This document shows, piece by piece, positions 23,101 through 45,369 of a stretch of 64,000 nt of DNA. The translations under genes and the position numbers were made by a program. Positions within the stretch are counted from its first letter, which is position 1; every line of letters starts with the position of its first letter. Source of the DNA: Anolis carolinensis. Lineage: Eukaryota. The stretch spans positions 9,411,190-9,475,189 of the forward strand of contig NC_085846.1 in the NCBI RefSeq assembly GCF_035594765.1, written 5' to 3'. A model generated the notes under the pieces. The model did no database searches and was not told the DNA's origin. It saw only the letters and a list, made by a program, of their open reading frames with translations.

Positions 23101-26100
23101 AGGGGATTTTCCTTTATATAATTTCATTTGGGCTGAGATTAGGGCCAGATCCCATCTCTTTCCTTAAAACTTCTATTTATGCCAGAGAACTCATGAAAAA
23201 ACAGGCAATTGTACAAAGCCATGCAGTTACTCTCAAACCCAATAGGGAGAGGAAGATGCCCTGCTGCCTGTTAGCCATATGAACAGGTTACTGTGCTTGT
23301 AATGCATTCTAATAGCCCTCCTTGTGTTCCCGATAAATAAAAAACTGTAGACTCACCATGGACAACCCACTGCTCAACAGCCCTCCACTTTGCTCCATGA
23401 GGCTGTGGCTAATGCCCACGGGTATGTCAAGTGCCTGCACCCCATACTGGGCTGAGAAGGTGGCATCTGGAGCAGTGACAGGGTCACCCAGGTCGTCAAA
23501 ATGTCCGACAACATCAGCGACAGCCAGGGAGGGGTCGGCGTCCAGCGCAATGGGAGGGATCTCAAACTCTTCATCCCCCAAGCTTGGTGTGTGGAAAGTC
23601 TGAGTGGGACAGAAGGAGAGAAAGATTAATGTAGGCATAGAAATCTCAGAAGGGGCCTAAGTCTGGTTACATGCTGTTTGTCTAAAACGGTATTGTTTGT
23701 TCTGGGCTAGAATGCCTCATTTTAACCCCCCCTCTCCCAAATGACTGTGATTGGATTACATAGGGATGTCTGTGATCCACCCAAAAGCACCCACAACCCA
23801 TTCATCCTTAACTCTGACTTAGGTCTTTAGATTTTAAAGGTCCTCTAATTTTTTTTATTTGTTACAAATTTGGGGATTAATGATAGTAGGCCTCTAACTT
23901 GACACTAGGTGTGCACATGGCATGACCTGTGGGCTTCACGTGAGGCCCCACTTTTGTGTCTCCAAACCCTCCCAAAGCCCTCTACTTTTTAAAAACAATG
24001 TATGATTTTCAAGCAACTTGTGCTCTCAAATCAGGCAGAAAGCCCACAAATCTGTAAAAGGAAAAGAAAATAGCCCAATTCCACCTGAGAAGCCTGTACT
24101 GTTCCTAAATACTTCTGCATTCCTATACAGTTCCTCTCAAAAATGACAACCATTTTGAAACAGACTGCAGAAATAGAGGTATTTGGGTTTGCAGTGGAGG
24201 GGTGTAACCAATGGAAATGTCTTGGTGGGGGGTTAGCTCCTGGGTAATATAGTGTTGCCCACTCCTAGCTTCAGGCCTTAATCTTGCCCTGCTACCTGAC
24301 AGGGAAGAGCCCTTTCATGTGACTTTCAATCCAATCCTTTCAAACGGAGGACCCAAGGACAGCACTGTGGGTAGACCATGTCTTTACTACTACTCCCTGA
24401 TAGTTCTCATTTTGTACAAATGCTTTGTATCCTGTACTGATCCCTTCCACAGCCCCTGCAAGCCACCCTTTATGGGATCCATCTCACCTCAGCTCCTGAC
24501 AAGAAGGGATGAGCTGTCCCAGTGATTGCCAGGTAATTCTCATTTCCTCCAGGGAACTTAAAGAAAGGAGAACATTAGTGTGCAATTAGATCTCCTTATT
24601 CACCACCACAAATATGATAAAACACAGCTGATTTAGCTAAACAAATCCACAGCAAGGTAAGATCCTACTCATGAACAGGCATACATGAAGTAGTCCCTGG
24701 TGATCTTTTACAAAACATGTAAGACTTGATTTTTACTCCACTTCCATCTTGTTCTTTATCCAAGGGACCCAATTCAGAATGTCAGATTTTCCCATTCCCA
24801 TGTAAGGTGTGCTCGGCTGAGATATAGCAATTGGCCTAGGATATCTACTAACCTTCATGTCCACCAGTTGAAAATTCAAACTCAAGCCTTCCTGGTCCTA
24901 CTTCAAACTCACCATCTTGCAAGCCAAACTAGTTCGCACCTATCATACTTGAAATATGCATTCTGTGAATTCTGTCTCTTCATCTAACCAAGGATTTCCT
25001 ATTCCTTGGCTTGACTTCAACTCTTCTCACTCACTGCCCCATACACTTGGAACAACCATCATTTTTTCAACTTGGCTCAACAAATGGCTTCTAGGAGACT
25101 TCTGAAACACCAAGGCAGGTGTGGTATGATTGAAAAGTGTATCAGTTGGAGAATACAAGGGACAACTGGATCTAAAATGTGTTATATTAGTGAACAAGTC
25201 ACCTTTCTCTAGCCAAATATTCATTAGATGTATCTGACAATTCCCAACAGTCCTAACCAATGACGAGAGACAGGACCTGCAGTCAAAATTATATGAAAGA
25301 ATCCAGATTTTCAGAGGCCACACCAAACCAGATTTGATATACTGAAGGATCAGTAATGCAGATTCTGATGTTGTCTGTTGCTAACATCAGAGGAGAGCAA
25401 AGGGGTGTGAGGGAAATTAAAAGAGATTCTAGTATCTTACAATTAAAGATTTTATTTGTTGGATTTATATTCTGCCTTTCCTCCAATTAGACTATAGTGT
25501 ACACATATAATAATATTCCTCCCCACTTTATCTATTTTAACAATCACAGAATCACAGAATCGGAAGAAACATAAAAGGCTATCCAACCCAACCCCCTGAA
25601 ATGCAGGAAAATACAATCAAAACACTCCTGACAGATGGCCATCTAACCTCTGCTTTAAAAAAGATCCTATATGTAAAGGACACAGAGTTATGGACTTAGA
25701 TGACATTTGAACCTAGATCTTCCAATTCAAAATCCAACTATTACACCACAATGGTTCTGCAATGTAGAATGGAAAAAGGCATATTGTAGTTGTCTAGCAA
25801 CAACACATGAAGATGTCCTGTAGCAAGGACTTGACCGGAATATGGGCTCAAAGATAATTATGTACTCTAGGATGCCAATGCAGTTGTCTTCATACAACTA
25901 CAAACACACTCACTGTCAAAGACAAAACAGTTTCCTACCACTTCAAATGGTCTGAGTGAAATACACACTGGCCTTGTGCATAAAACTCTGTTGAAACAAG
26001 AGAAAAATCCACCATGTTCCGTTTTCATGCTCCAGTTATCACTGAATCCCAAGCTGTCTTCCAATAAATGCAAGTCAGACAGCATTTCTATCTCCACCGA

Positions 26101-29100
26101 AAAATGTACTCCTGAGCATATCCTTGTGTCAAAGTTTTCCTGAGCTGCATTGCTCAATTAGATGAACAACAATTTTAAATGGCAATTCAGCCTATATGGG
26201 CTGCATAACCAGACAAGATAAGCAGTGCTGGCTACAACACAAATAACAGTGAATAGCTGACACAAAACTTCCACTAGCATCAGGGAGTGAAAGGATTCAA
26301 AGTTCATTTATTTTATTCCAAGAGGTATCCATTCACCCTCTCATATGCACTCACACAGTTCAAAGGACATTGCCACTAATGGGTGAATGAAAAGTAAAAA
26401 CGATTGTGCAAGAGTTTAAATACTGCTCTGAGATTCCATGTTTCGAACCCCAACTTAGTCATGGAAAGCCACTGGGTGATTTTGGGCAAGTCACACACTC
26501 TTGATCTTAGATGAAGCCATTGGCAAAATTACCTCTTAAAAAAGCTTGCCAATCCACTTTTCTCAATGACAGGTCACCATAAATTTGGCTTGAAGGCAAA
26601 TAACAACATGGTTTACAAAAATATGTAAATACACTACAAATAATGGACATGGGTTGACACCATCACCCAGGCCTTGATATACTTGTATCATTCTAGTTTT
26701 TACTTCATATTCCCATCAGACATTACATTGTTACAATATTTCAGTCAACTAAACCTCTATCATCTCCATTCCATCAAAGTCTCTACAGCAGTGGTTCTCA
26801 ACCTGTGGTTCACCAGGTGTTTTGGCCTACAATTCCCAGAAATCCCAGCCAGTTTAACAGCTGTTGGGATTTCTGGGAGTTGAAGGCCAAAACATCTAGG
26901 GACTCACAGGTTGAGAACCACTGCTCTACAGGACCTATCCTGTATCTTCAAATGACAAACTTTAGTGGCTACATACTCTTTCCCACAATGCCTTTCTTAG
27001 GGCTTTCAACTTTTTATCCACTGAGTCAGTCCTTTCTTCCAATCCTGCAGTACCTATTTCTTTCCTTCACCGAACCCAAACATTCTGGTTCTTTGATCCA
27101 GGAGAAGGGAGGAATTCAGAAGATAGGGATCAAGACATAACTATAAGACACAATCAAATGGCACTTCTGCAACCAGAAGAAATGCTGGGTGAGGGCTGCT
27201 ACTTCAATGTGTTGCTTTGGAACTTTTCTGGATTATATGGACCCAATCTGATGGCCCAGTTCTACATGACTCTAAATCATGGTTATTGTGGAATGAGATA
27301 GGTGAAACTAAAGAAGTCCGACATTCATTAAGTTTCAAGACAGTTATGAAAAGAAGTGGATCAAAATGAGGGGAAACTGCCCCTCCAGATGTTGAAATGT
27401 TACAACCCTCATCATCCCACAAAAATGGGTTGTCCTGTTAAGGCTAACAAGAAATGCAACCCAACTACCTATATAGACAGATGGCCATTTCCCATATTTC
27501 TCAGGCATCCAAAGCATTATTTTAGTTTAAAAAGCCAAATCCCTGACCCTTGCCATAATAGTTAGTATTTCTGGGAATTAAATGGCCCTCATCTGAGGTC
27601 TGCGGAGGCAAGGATGACACTGGAGGGCCAAAGGCTCCAAACCATGAAAGTAGATGGTAGCCTTTATCCTTAAGAAAACCAGATTTGTTCCAAGCCAAAT
27701 GCTAGCAACCCTTCCCCATCCTCACATACAATACACCAAAGTGATAGTCGTTGAGCCCTCCCAATGTTGTGGTTTGCATCCCATCAGCCCTAACTGCTCC
27801 AGCAGATTCAATGGTGAGGAATCCTGAAACTTGAAGTCTGACAACACCTGGATTCCTATCCCTGTTGTACATTTCCCCATATCCAAGAGGAGTAGAATGA
27901 CCTCCTTCCCATCTATGAATTGAGTGTCTCCAATCCAAAATGATGAAATACCAAACAATCCAAATTGTTCACATGGATAGTTGAGGTAATGACACTCTGT
28001 GCTTTCTGATTATTTCAACGTGTCCAAACTTTGTTCTGTACACAAAATTATTCAAATATGGCCATGTATATGTACAATATAAACGAACTTCATTTTCAAT
28101 ATTGTTCCATTATCTGGGAGAAGCCCAAAAGGGAGCCTAGACTAAGGATAATCCATTTTATTGGGGGAGGAGGGTTGAAGTAGTAAAACAATTTCCCCGT
28201 TTTCCTGTTATTCCCCCCACCCATGTTGCTGTTGTGGAAACAACCCTCATTTATGACATGGGAAGTGTGTGTGGAAGGGAGGGGAGAAATAACCAGCAAA
28301 AAAGGGAGAAATGGTTTTCCTCCTTCAAATCCCCCCCCCCCCCCCCCCATGGACTATCCTTCTCTGTCTAAGTCCCTTTTTGGAGTCCACCCGGATAATG
28401 AAACAGTATCTCAGATAATGGAATGTGTCCAGAGTGCACTGATCCATTCAGTGCAGGACTGTTCCCTTCCAGCACTGCCTCTGAGCATATCCAAAGTGCA
28501 TTGACCCATTCCATATATGACTACCCAGACCCAGCAATGCCTCTGGTCATATCCAGTGTATTTACATATTGCATGACTCTGATGCCAGGGAGGCCTTTGA
28601 CTATGCAATTGCAGCAATGCCTCTGAGCCTGTGCAGAGTGAATTGATCCATTCCATATATGACTATTCCTTTCCAGCCATGCCTCTCAGCATGTTTAGGG
28701 TGCATTGATCCATTCCATAGTACTATCTAGTCCCAACAATGTTCCTGAGCATGTCCAGAGTGCATTGATCCGTTCCGTGCCTTGCCCATGCCTGGACTAG
28801 ATCAAGGGAAGTAATAGTTCTCCCGGATGTTGGGAATGGTGGGAGTTGGGAGTGCAAAACACCCGGAGGGCCGAAGTTTGCTTGTAGTGAGCCCCTTTGG
28901 ATTTTGTGTTCAGGCTTGGGCCACATCTCCAAACTATCTTATTATGTATATGAATAGATAAGAATTCCCAAGTCCATAAGATATGTGTGTGTACAGTCTA
29001 TCGATTTATAAAATTCCAAATACTTCTGGTCCTAACATTTCTGACAAGGGAGACTCTACCTCAGGCATGAGCAAACTTCAGCCCTGTGGGTGTTTTGGAA

Positions 29101-29969
29101 TATTACTACCACAATTCCTAATAGCTGGCTGTTAGGAATTGTGGGAGTTGGGGTCCAAAGCACCAGGATGGCCGAAGTTTGCCCGTGCATGCTATACTTT
29201 TACCACGTCCCACTGGATTTTGTGTTCAGGCTTGGGCCATTTCTATAAGGTACCTTATTATGTATAGATATGAATTCCCAAGTGCATAAGATATGTCATA
29301 GAATCACAGAATAGTAGAGTTGGAAGAGACCTCATGGGCCTCCAGTCCAACCCCCTGCCAAGAAGCAGGAAATCGCATTCAAAGCATCCCCAATAGATGG
29401 CCATTCAGCCTCTGCTTAAAAGCTTCCAAAGAAGGAGCCTCCACCACAGTCTGGGGCAGAGAGTTCCACTGCCAAACAGCTCACACAGTGAGGAAGTTCT
29501 TCCTAATGTTCAGGGGGAATCTCCTTTCCTGTAGTTTGAAGCCATTGTTCCACGTCCTAGTCTGCAGGGCAACAGAAAACAAGCTTGCTCCCTCCTCCCT
29601 ATGACTTCCCCTCACATATTTGCACATGGCTATCATGTCTCCTCTCAGCCTTCTCTTCTGCAGGCTAAACATGCCCAGTTCTTTAAGCCGCTCCTCATAG
29701 GGCTTGTTCTCCTTAGGGCATGTGTGTGTGTATCTATCGATCTATGAAATTCCAAATACTTCTGGTCCCTAACATTTCAGACAAGGGATAGTCAACCTGT
29801 ATTGATTCCCCACTGGATTCCCCCAGTCTGAATGACTGAATGAATGAATAAATGCGGGTGGCTTCCAGCCAGGCATCCATGCTGGCAGAGGAGTCCATAG
29901 GTGGAGGCAGCAATGAGACAAGAGACCCCGGAGGCCCTCTCCCCGTCCCCGAGGCCCCCTCACCTCCAT
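17051..29969 (-). CDS. TOX4: TOX high mobility group box family member 4, 9 exons, 622 aa
   Basis: complement join(29964-29969,24488-24556,23357-23599,22726-22989,22234-22512,21714-21794,19833-20531,18085-18248,17051-17114)=1869 nt; MEFPGGN start, [20 protein letters not shown] box, Pro/Gln region, Cys-rich C-terminus. Confidence 0.96.
18085..18248 (-). CDS. TOX4: TOX4 exon 8
   Basis: MESPTQM...[26 protein letters not shown]. Confidence 0.94.
19240..19574 (+). mobile_element. Sauria SINE
   Basis: gggttaaacc..gagctcctgctgttag..gaaaacatgcaaat..(cctttac)n tail. Confidence 0.85.
19833..20531 (-). CDS. TOX4: TOX4 exon 7
   Basis: [37 protein letters not shown]|gtgagg. Confidence 0.92.
21714..21794 (-). 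CDS. TOX4: TOX4 exon 6
   Basis: [27 protein letters not shown]. Confidence 0.95.
22234..22512 (-). CDS. TOX4: TOX4 exon 5 (NLS + HMG box)
   Basis: [56 protein letters not shown]; CAGCAG acceptor. Confidence 0.94.
22726..22989 (-). CDS. TOX4: TOX4 exon 4
   Basis: [41 protein letters not shown]. Confidence 0.95.
23357..23599 (-). CDS. TOX4: TOX4 exon 3
   Basis: [20 protein letters not shown]...SSGLSM. Confidence 0.95.
24488..24556 (-). CDS. TOX4: TOX4 exon 2
   Basis: [23 protein letters not shown]. Confidence 0.93.
26789..26923. mobile_element. hAT MITE
   Basis: TIR CAGTGGTTCTCAACCTGTG; exact 8-bp TSD ctctacag. Confidence 0.9.
28424..28785. repeat. ~62-bp minisatellite, 6 degenerate units
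   Basis: Unit starts at 28427, 28489, 28551, 28631, 28693, 28753 (gtccagagtgcattgatccattcc..gact..ccagcaatgcctctgagcat). Confidence 0.8.
29296..29712 (-). mobile_element. CR1 LINE 3' fragment
   Basis: catagaat tail; minus [34 protein letters not shown]. Confidence 0.9.
29964..29969 (-). CDS. TOX4: TOX4 exon 1 coding part (ME)
   Basis: gccATGGAG|gtgagg in strong Kozak context inside CpG island. Confidence 0.88.
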
Positions 29970-30756
29970 GGCCGCGGCGAAGGAAGCTCCAGAGCCGGGA
30001 GAGCGGGGAGACCCCGCTCGGCACTCTCTCCCCCGCCTCCCCGCTTCCTTTAGTCCCCCTCCAGTTCCTCTCCCGGAACCGGAACCTTCTTCCGCCTCTT
30101 CCGCCCACCCAAGCGAAGGCCGGTAGGGAATGTCACTTCCGCCCGGCGTTGCACACGGCCCTCCTCTGTGGAGGCCTAAACTCTTCCTTCCTTGACTCCT
30201 CGGCTGGGAGGGGGTTGTGGTGGCGGTGACAGGAGGCCGTGTTTCCTTGCGGGAGTATCAGCCTCGCCCTTCCTTTCTTCCTTCCTTCCTCACTCGAACC
30301 GTTAAGGCGACTGAGAGAGAAAGGGAGGCCGGAGGGCCGCCATTCTAGGCGAATCGCGCTTTCGGCCTTCCCCGGATGTGACGTCAAAGAGCCGAATAAT
30401 AACGGCTTCGCGGCTGGAGTTCGGCATTCCACTTCCTTCCCTCTCTCTCCCCGGATGTGACGCAATAGAGCCCCTAGGCCGAAGACTAAGGGAGTGGGCG
30501 GGGTTAAGAGAGGCCGCCGAGAAGAGATCCCTAGAATGCCGCCGGAAGTCCTGCCGCGGGAAGCCACAAGGCGCTGCCGTCATGAAGGAGACGGCACCGG
30601 AAAGGGAAAAAACAAAGCGCCGGGAAGGAAGAGGGCGGGTCCTAGTCAACACTTTGAAATAGGAAGCGCGAGAGGAGTAGGCAGAGGTCCCGTGGCCTGA
30701 GCGAAAGCTGCCCCTGGAGGCCTCTCCCGCCTCATTCTCGGGGCTCCCGGGCAACC
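29970..30756. promoter_or_regulatory. Bidirectional CpG-island promoter TOX4/RAB2B
   Basis: High CpG; head-to-head ATGs 787 nt apart; ETS (cacttccg ~30134, ccggaagt ~30542), CRE TGACGTCA 30379-30386, GC boxes. Confidence 0.85.
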
Positions 30757-40798
<10,042 letters not shown>

Positions 40799-42307
40799 GT
40801 TCCCTGAAATCTAGCCAGATCTATTAAGGCTTGTGAATGCACAGATTATGTTTCTTCACATTGTACTGGGGCAGGGAAATTCCCCTTCAGCCCTGTTGCA
40901 ACCTACCTCTTCTCTCTACATGTGAGGATTGGGACCACCCTGGACCAAGATTTGTCTCTGGCCATCAGCAATGTATAATGTGTTCCAGAACTTGTGGGCT
41001 TTAAGTTCACCTCCTGGCATTCCTTAAGGGGGAAAGGCACTTCCCTGAGTCTGTGCTTTTCTTTGGGGTCACTGAACCCTGGGAAATCAGCCCACCTTTT
41101 CTACCCCAGGTTTACATTGCTTTCCTTCATATTAAATGTTTCTGTGTTCAACTTTCTCCGGAACATCTTTATAATAGGACAGGAAAGAGAAAGGATATGG
41201 GAATACACTGGCTCAGAATGTGGTTTAACTTACTTCTCTAGAGGTATTATAAACAGAGATTGAGTGGCCAACTGTTGGGAGGGCTTGAACTGGGTGTTCC
41301 TGGATGAAAAGGAGTTACACTGGGTGCTCCTTGTAGTCTCTTCCTCCTCTACCTTATGCCCTCCACACAACTTTTGTTCTTTTGTGGCAAAACGTTTGGG
41401 GACAGCCTTATTCCAGGTCATTCTTTTCGTCCATCATTCTAACCCAATATTGTATTCCATTTGGGGTCTGGGGCTGGATCGGCAGCTGCCTCAGGAACTT
41501 TCCATGAGCCACACAGATTTCTGGAAATTACCAAAAGCTAAGCAGAAATCTGGAAGTAGTAAAATGTCTTTAAAATTGGGTTGGAGTTTCAAATCAATTT
41601 GTAAAACATACCTGCCAATCTTGAATGCCTCTAGGCAGGCTACTTCTGGGAAGGACAGAAGAAGGTGGTCTAGAGAATGGGGCAAGGTTTGAAAGCCATG
41701 AAAATCGTTGACATTCTCTGTTGAACTAGAGATGTGAGAAACGGAATCTGGGACCTTCTGAATATACCATATTTCTTTGATACCAAGATGTACTCCCCCC
41801 CATATAAAATACATCTCTAAAAAACTGTGTGCATCTTTTAATCGCTGGTCCTTTTTTGTATATAAACTAGTGTATATACCTGGCATTGCATGGATTTTAG
41901 AAAGGCCACTGCCTTTCTGCTTTCATCCCTTATTTCACTTTCCTTTCTCTCATAGTTTTCCCCTTTCCTGCCCCTTACCCTTTTTCTTTATTCCCCCTCC
42001 CTTCTATCTCTCTCTCTTTCCTTTTCCTTTCTTTGCTTCCCCTCCACTTTCTCTGTTCTGCAGCTCAGAGAAGGCCTGCTTCACAATTTCTGCATGTCAA
42101 CATGGCTCTTTTTGTGGTTCTTTCCTCCCTCCCTCTCATGCATATTTCCCAGTGACATCATAGAGGGCCACTTCACCTAGCATCAGCCAATCCAGTGACA
42201 TCACACATGGTCCCTTTTCCTACCAGCAGCATTTGTCGTACAGATAGTCATTTGACTTTGATATATATATAAAGCATTTTTTTCTGTTGGTGTGTGTCTA
42301 ATAATCA

Positions 42308-42690
42308 TAGGTTGCTGTGAATTTTTCAGGCTGTATGGCCATGTTTCAGTAGCATTCCCTTACATCTAAGTGCCAATAAAATGCCAGTTATCACCTCCCA
42401 AACAAAGGATCCCTCCCAGGCAGCCAGGCTTTGAAGCTGCAAGGCTAATCAAGCTGACCAATTGCAACATTCACACTTGCCTCAAACAGAGAAGAGTTCT
42501 TTCTCCCAACCTGGACACCACAGATAAATGAATACCAGTGCCTCATTTCCAACAGACCTCACAACCTCTGAGGATGCCTGCCATAGATGCAGGTGAAAAT
42601 CAGGAAAGAATGTTACTGGAACATGGCCATACAGCTCAGAAAACTCACAGCAATCCAGTGATTCCAATCATGAAAGACCTTGACAATACA
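42308..42690. mobile_element. Penelope-like retroelement fragment
   Basis: ggttgctgtgaatttttcaggctgtatggccatgtt at the left, inverted copy at the right; related copy 47484-47662. Confidence 0.7.
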
Positions 42691-42787
42691 ATGGTGTCGT
42701 AGATTTGAAGAAATATATTAAGTTCCTGCAGTCGTGCTTTGGTGAAGTATGTAGTGAAAATGCGGAGGGAGACAGTGCTGAGTAAGA

Positions 42788-43119
42788 TAGTGTTCCCTCA
42801 CTACTTCGCAGTTTACTTTTTGTGGATTCGCTGTTTTGCGGTTTTTCAATAAACTCTAAAAGATTATTATAAATCATAAAAAATTACAATTTACAGCCAA
42901 AAGGAAGGGAGGGAGGAGGAGCCAAAGGGAGAGAAAAGGATCCCAAGCAGCAACAGGAGGCGATTTATCAACACGCGATTGGTTGATAAATACTTAAAAT
43001 AATGTATAACTACTAAAATAATGTATAATTGAAATAAATATGGTGTCGCTACTTCGCGGATTTTCACTTATTGTGGGTGGTCCTGGAACCTAAACTCCGC
43101 AATAAGTGAGGGAACACTG
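42788..43119. mobile_element. Tc1/mariner (Tigger-like) MITE
   Basis: AGTGTTCCCTCACT...AGTGAGGGAACACTG|ta inverted termini. Confidence 0.75.
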
Positions 43120-43349
43120 TATATACAGTGACTTTGCAAAATGCAACAGCTGCATTGAGCCATAACCCAGTGGTTTCTTCTAGGTGTTTTAGACTTCAAC
43201 ACCCAGAATTCCCTACCATATTAGCTAATAGTTAGGAATTCTGGGATATGAAGTCCAAAACACTTGGAGGGCCAAAATCCGGGAACCAGTGATTGTAACC
43301 TCCCTTGACCCTCAATCATTCCTGCCCAGCCACCAAAACAAGAATCCCA

Positions 43350-43800
43350 GCCATCTCAAAATGGCTTCCTTGCACAGTTGTCTAACCCACTGCCTGAGAC
43401 ACCGTCGGGCGCGATAAAATTCGCAATGGCACTCCTTCACAGACCAAATGACTCACCAATCAATCATTTTACCAAAATAAGGTAGGGAAATTCCGATTTT
43501 AAAACACATATTGGATTTTATTTTTTAAAAAATAAAACAGGCGACTGTTTAGACACCTCTGTTACGGCGAAGGACCCTTTCCTCTCACTTCCCTTCTGTT
43601 CCTTTCCACCCCGCCTCCTCCTCCTGAGAGGACTTCCTGGAAGGTTCTCTCAACCGAACGTGCTGGCTGGCCCCGCCTACCGGCCTCGTGAGGGGACCTT
43701 TCAGCGGCAGCGTTAGCCCGGCAGGAGCGGGGAGGGGGCGTGGCTTCGTAGGCGGCGCGAGTGGGTTAGGTTGCGCCGTCCATGCTCGGCTGCCTTGTTC
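43350..43800 (+). promoter_or_regulatory. CpG-rich promoter of the next gene (probably CHD8)
   Basis: CpG cluster, GC boxes (ggggcggg, ccccgcc), YY1-like CAAAATGGCT 43357-43366. Confidence 0.7.
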
Positions 43801-43883
43801 TCTCTCTCCCTGGGAGAGGGGAGGGGGGCGGAAGGGAGGGAAGGGGCGGGAGGAAGGAGCAGCGGAGGTGAGGAGGCCCTCAG
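43760..43883 (+). other. CHD8: Candidate non-coding first exon (5' end approximate)
   Basis: Strong donor CAG|GTAAGA after 43883; identity inferred only from conserved RAB2B-CHD8 gene order, no coding sequence seen. Confidence 0.5.
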
Positions 43884-44026
43884 GTAAGAGCCCGCGATGC
43901 TCAGTTTCCCTTTCGCCCCCACACGGGAGGGAGGGGAGGGGTATTATGGGATGGCCCTTGCCCCAATAGTTATTCATTTTTGCATGATGCAGGCCCAATG
44001 CAAGTCAAGGCAGGGATGGATTATAT

Positions 44027-44220
44027 CAGGTATGGGCCAACTTGGGCCCTCCAGGTGTTTTGGACTTCAACTCCCACAATGCCTAACAGCCTCAGGCCCT
44101 TTCCTTTTCCCCCTCAGCCGCTTAAGCGGCTGAGGGGGAAAAGGAAGGGACCTGAGGCTGTTAGGCATTGTGGGAGTTGAAGTCCAAAACACCTGGAGGG
44201 CCCAAGTTGGCCCATGACTG
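44027..44220. mobile_element. hAT MITE, near-perfect 194-bp palindrome
   Basis: Arms mirror around CCGCTTAAGCGG; flanks gattatat/aattatac. Confidence 0.9.
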
Positions 44221-44397
44221 AATTATACTGTATATATATGCACACACACATACACACATTTTTTTATTTCAGAATTCTCCTATATTTATATATATGTATG
44301 TGTATAGTACATAAGATATAAATATATATTTAGTTAAAAACCTGTATTTATATGTGGTGCGTGTGTCTAAAAATAACACCCCCCACACCCATACATA

Positions 44398-44705
44398 CAG
44401 TAGAGGCTCACTTATCCAACATTCTGGATTATCCAATGCATTTTTGTAGTCAATGTTTTCAATACATCATGGTATTTTGGTGCTAAATTCGTAAATACAG
44501 TAATTACTACATAGCATTACTGCATATTGAACTACTTTTTCTGTCAAATTTGTTGTATAACATGATGTTTTGGTGCTTAATTTGTAAAATCATAACGTAA
44601 TTTGACGTTTAATAGGCTTTCCCTTAATGCCTCCTTATTATCCAACATATTCGCTTATCCAACATTCTGCCGGCCCATTTATGTTGGATAAGTGAGACTC
44701 TACTG
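44398..44705. mobile_element. Tc1/mariner MITE
   Basis: ta|CAGTAGAG..CTCACTTATCCAA...TTGGATAAGTGAGACTCTACTG|ta. Confidence 0.88.
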
Positions 44706-44905
44706 TACACTGTATATATATGCACACACACATACACACATTTTTTATTTCAGAATTCTCCTTATATATATACTGTATATATATGTGTGTGTATGTGTGT
44801 ATAGTACATAAGATATAAATATATTTTTAGTTAAAAACCTGTTTTTATATGTGGGAGTCTCACTTATCCCGTTTGAGTTGGATAAGTGAGACTCTACTGT
44901 ATATA

Positions 44906-45303
44906 CCCTGTTTCCCTGAAAATAAGACAGTGTCTTATATTATTTTTTGCTCCAAAAGATGCACTAGGCCTTATTTCCAGGGGATGCCCTATTTTTCCAC
45001 AAAGAAGGATTCACAGTTATTGTTGAAAAAAAAAACCATTTATTATTTACTGTACAATAGTTGTTACCACAAACCAGCAGAACCAAACTCTGAATCCTAT
45101 CAAGAATTTCTTGTTACTACCATTATTTCCAATGTGCGTACATTTAACGATCCTGTGTTCTCTGGTCTTCTGTTTGGCGGGCATAGTTCCATACAAAAAC
45201 TTTGCTAGGTCTTACTTTCGGGGGAGGCCTTATATTTAGCAATTCAGCAAAACCTCTACTAGGTCTTATTTTCAGGAGATGTCTTATTTTCGGGGAAACA
45301 GGG
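44906..45303. mobile_element. Tc1/mariner (Tc2/pogo-like) non-autonomous element
   Basis: CCCTGTTTCCCTGAAAATAAGACA...TGTCTTATTTTCGGGGAAACAGGG. Confidence 0.8.

Positions 45304-45369
<66 letters not shown>
45304..45369. repeat. (CT)n(AT)n microsatellite
   Basis: Direct inspection. Confidence 0.95.

Noticed and set aside
28424-28785. CRISPR-like periodic array
   Set aside because: Whole units are homologous with no unique spacers, the context is a vertebrate intron, and there are no cas genes.
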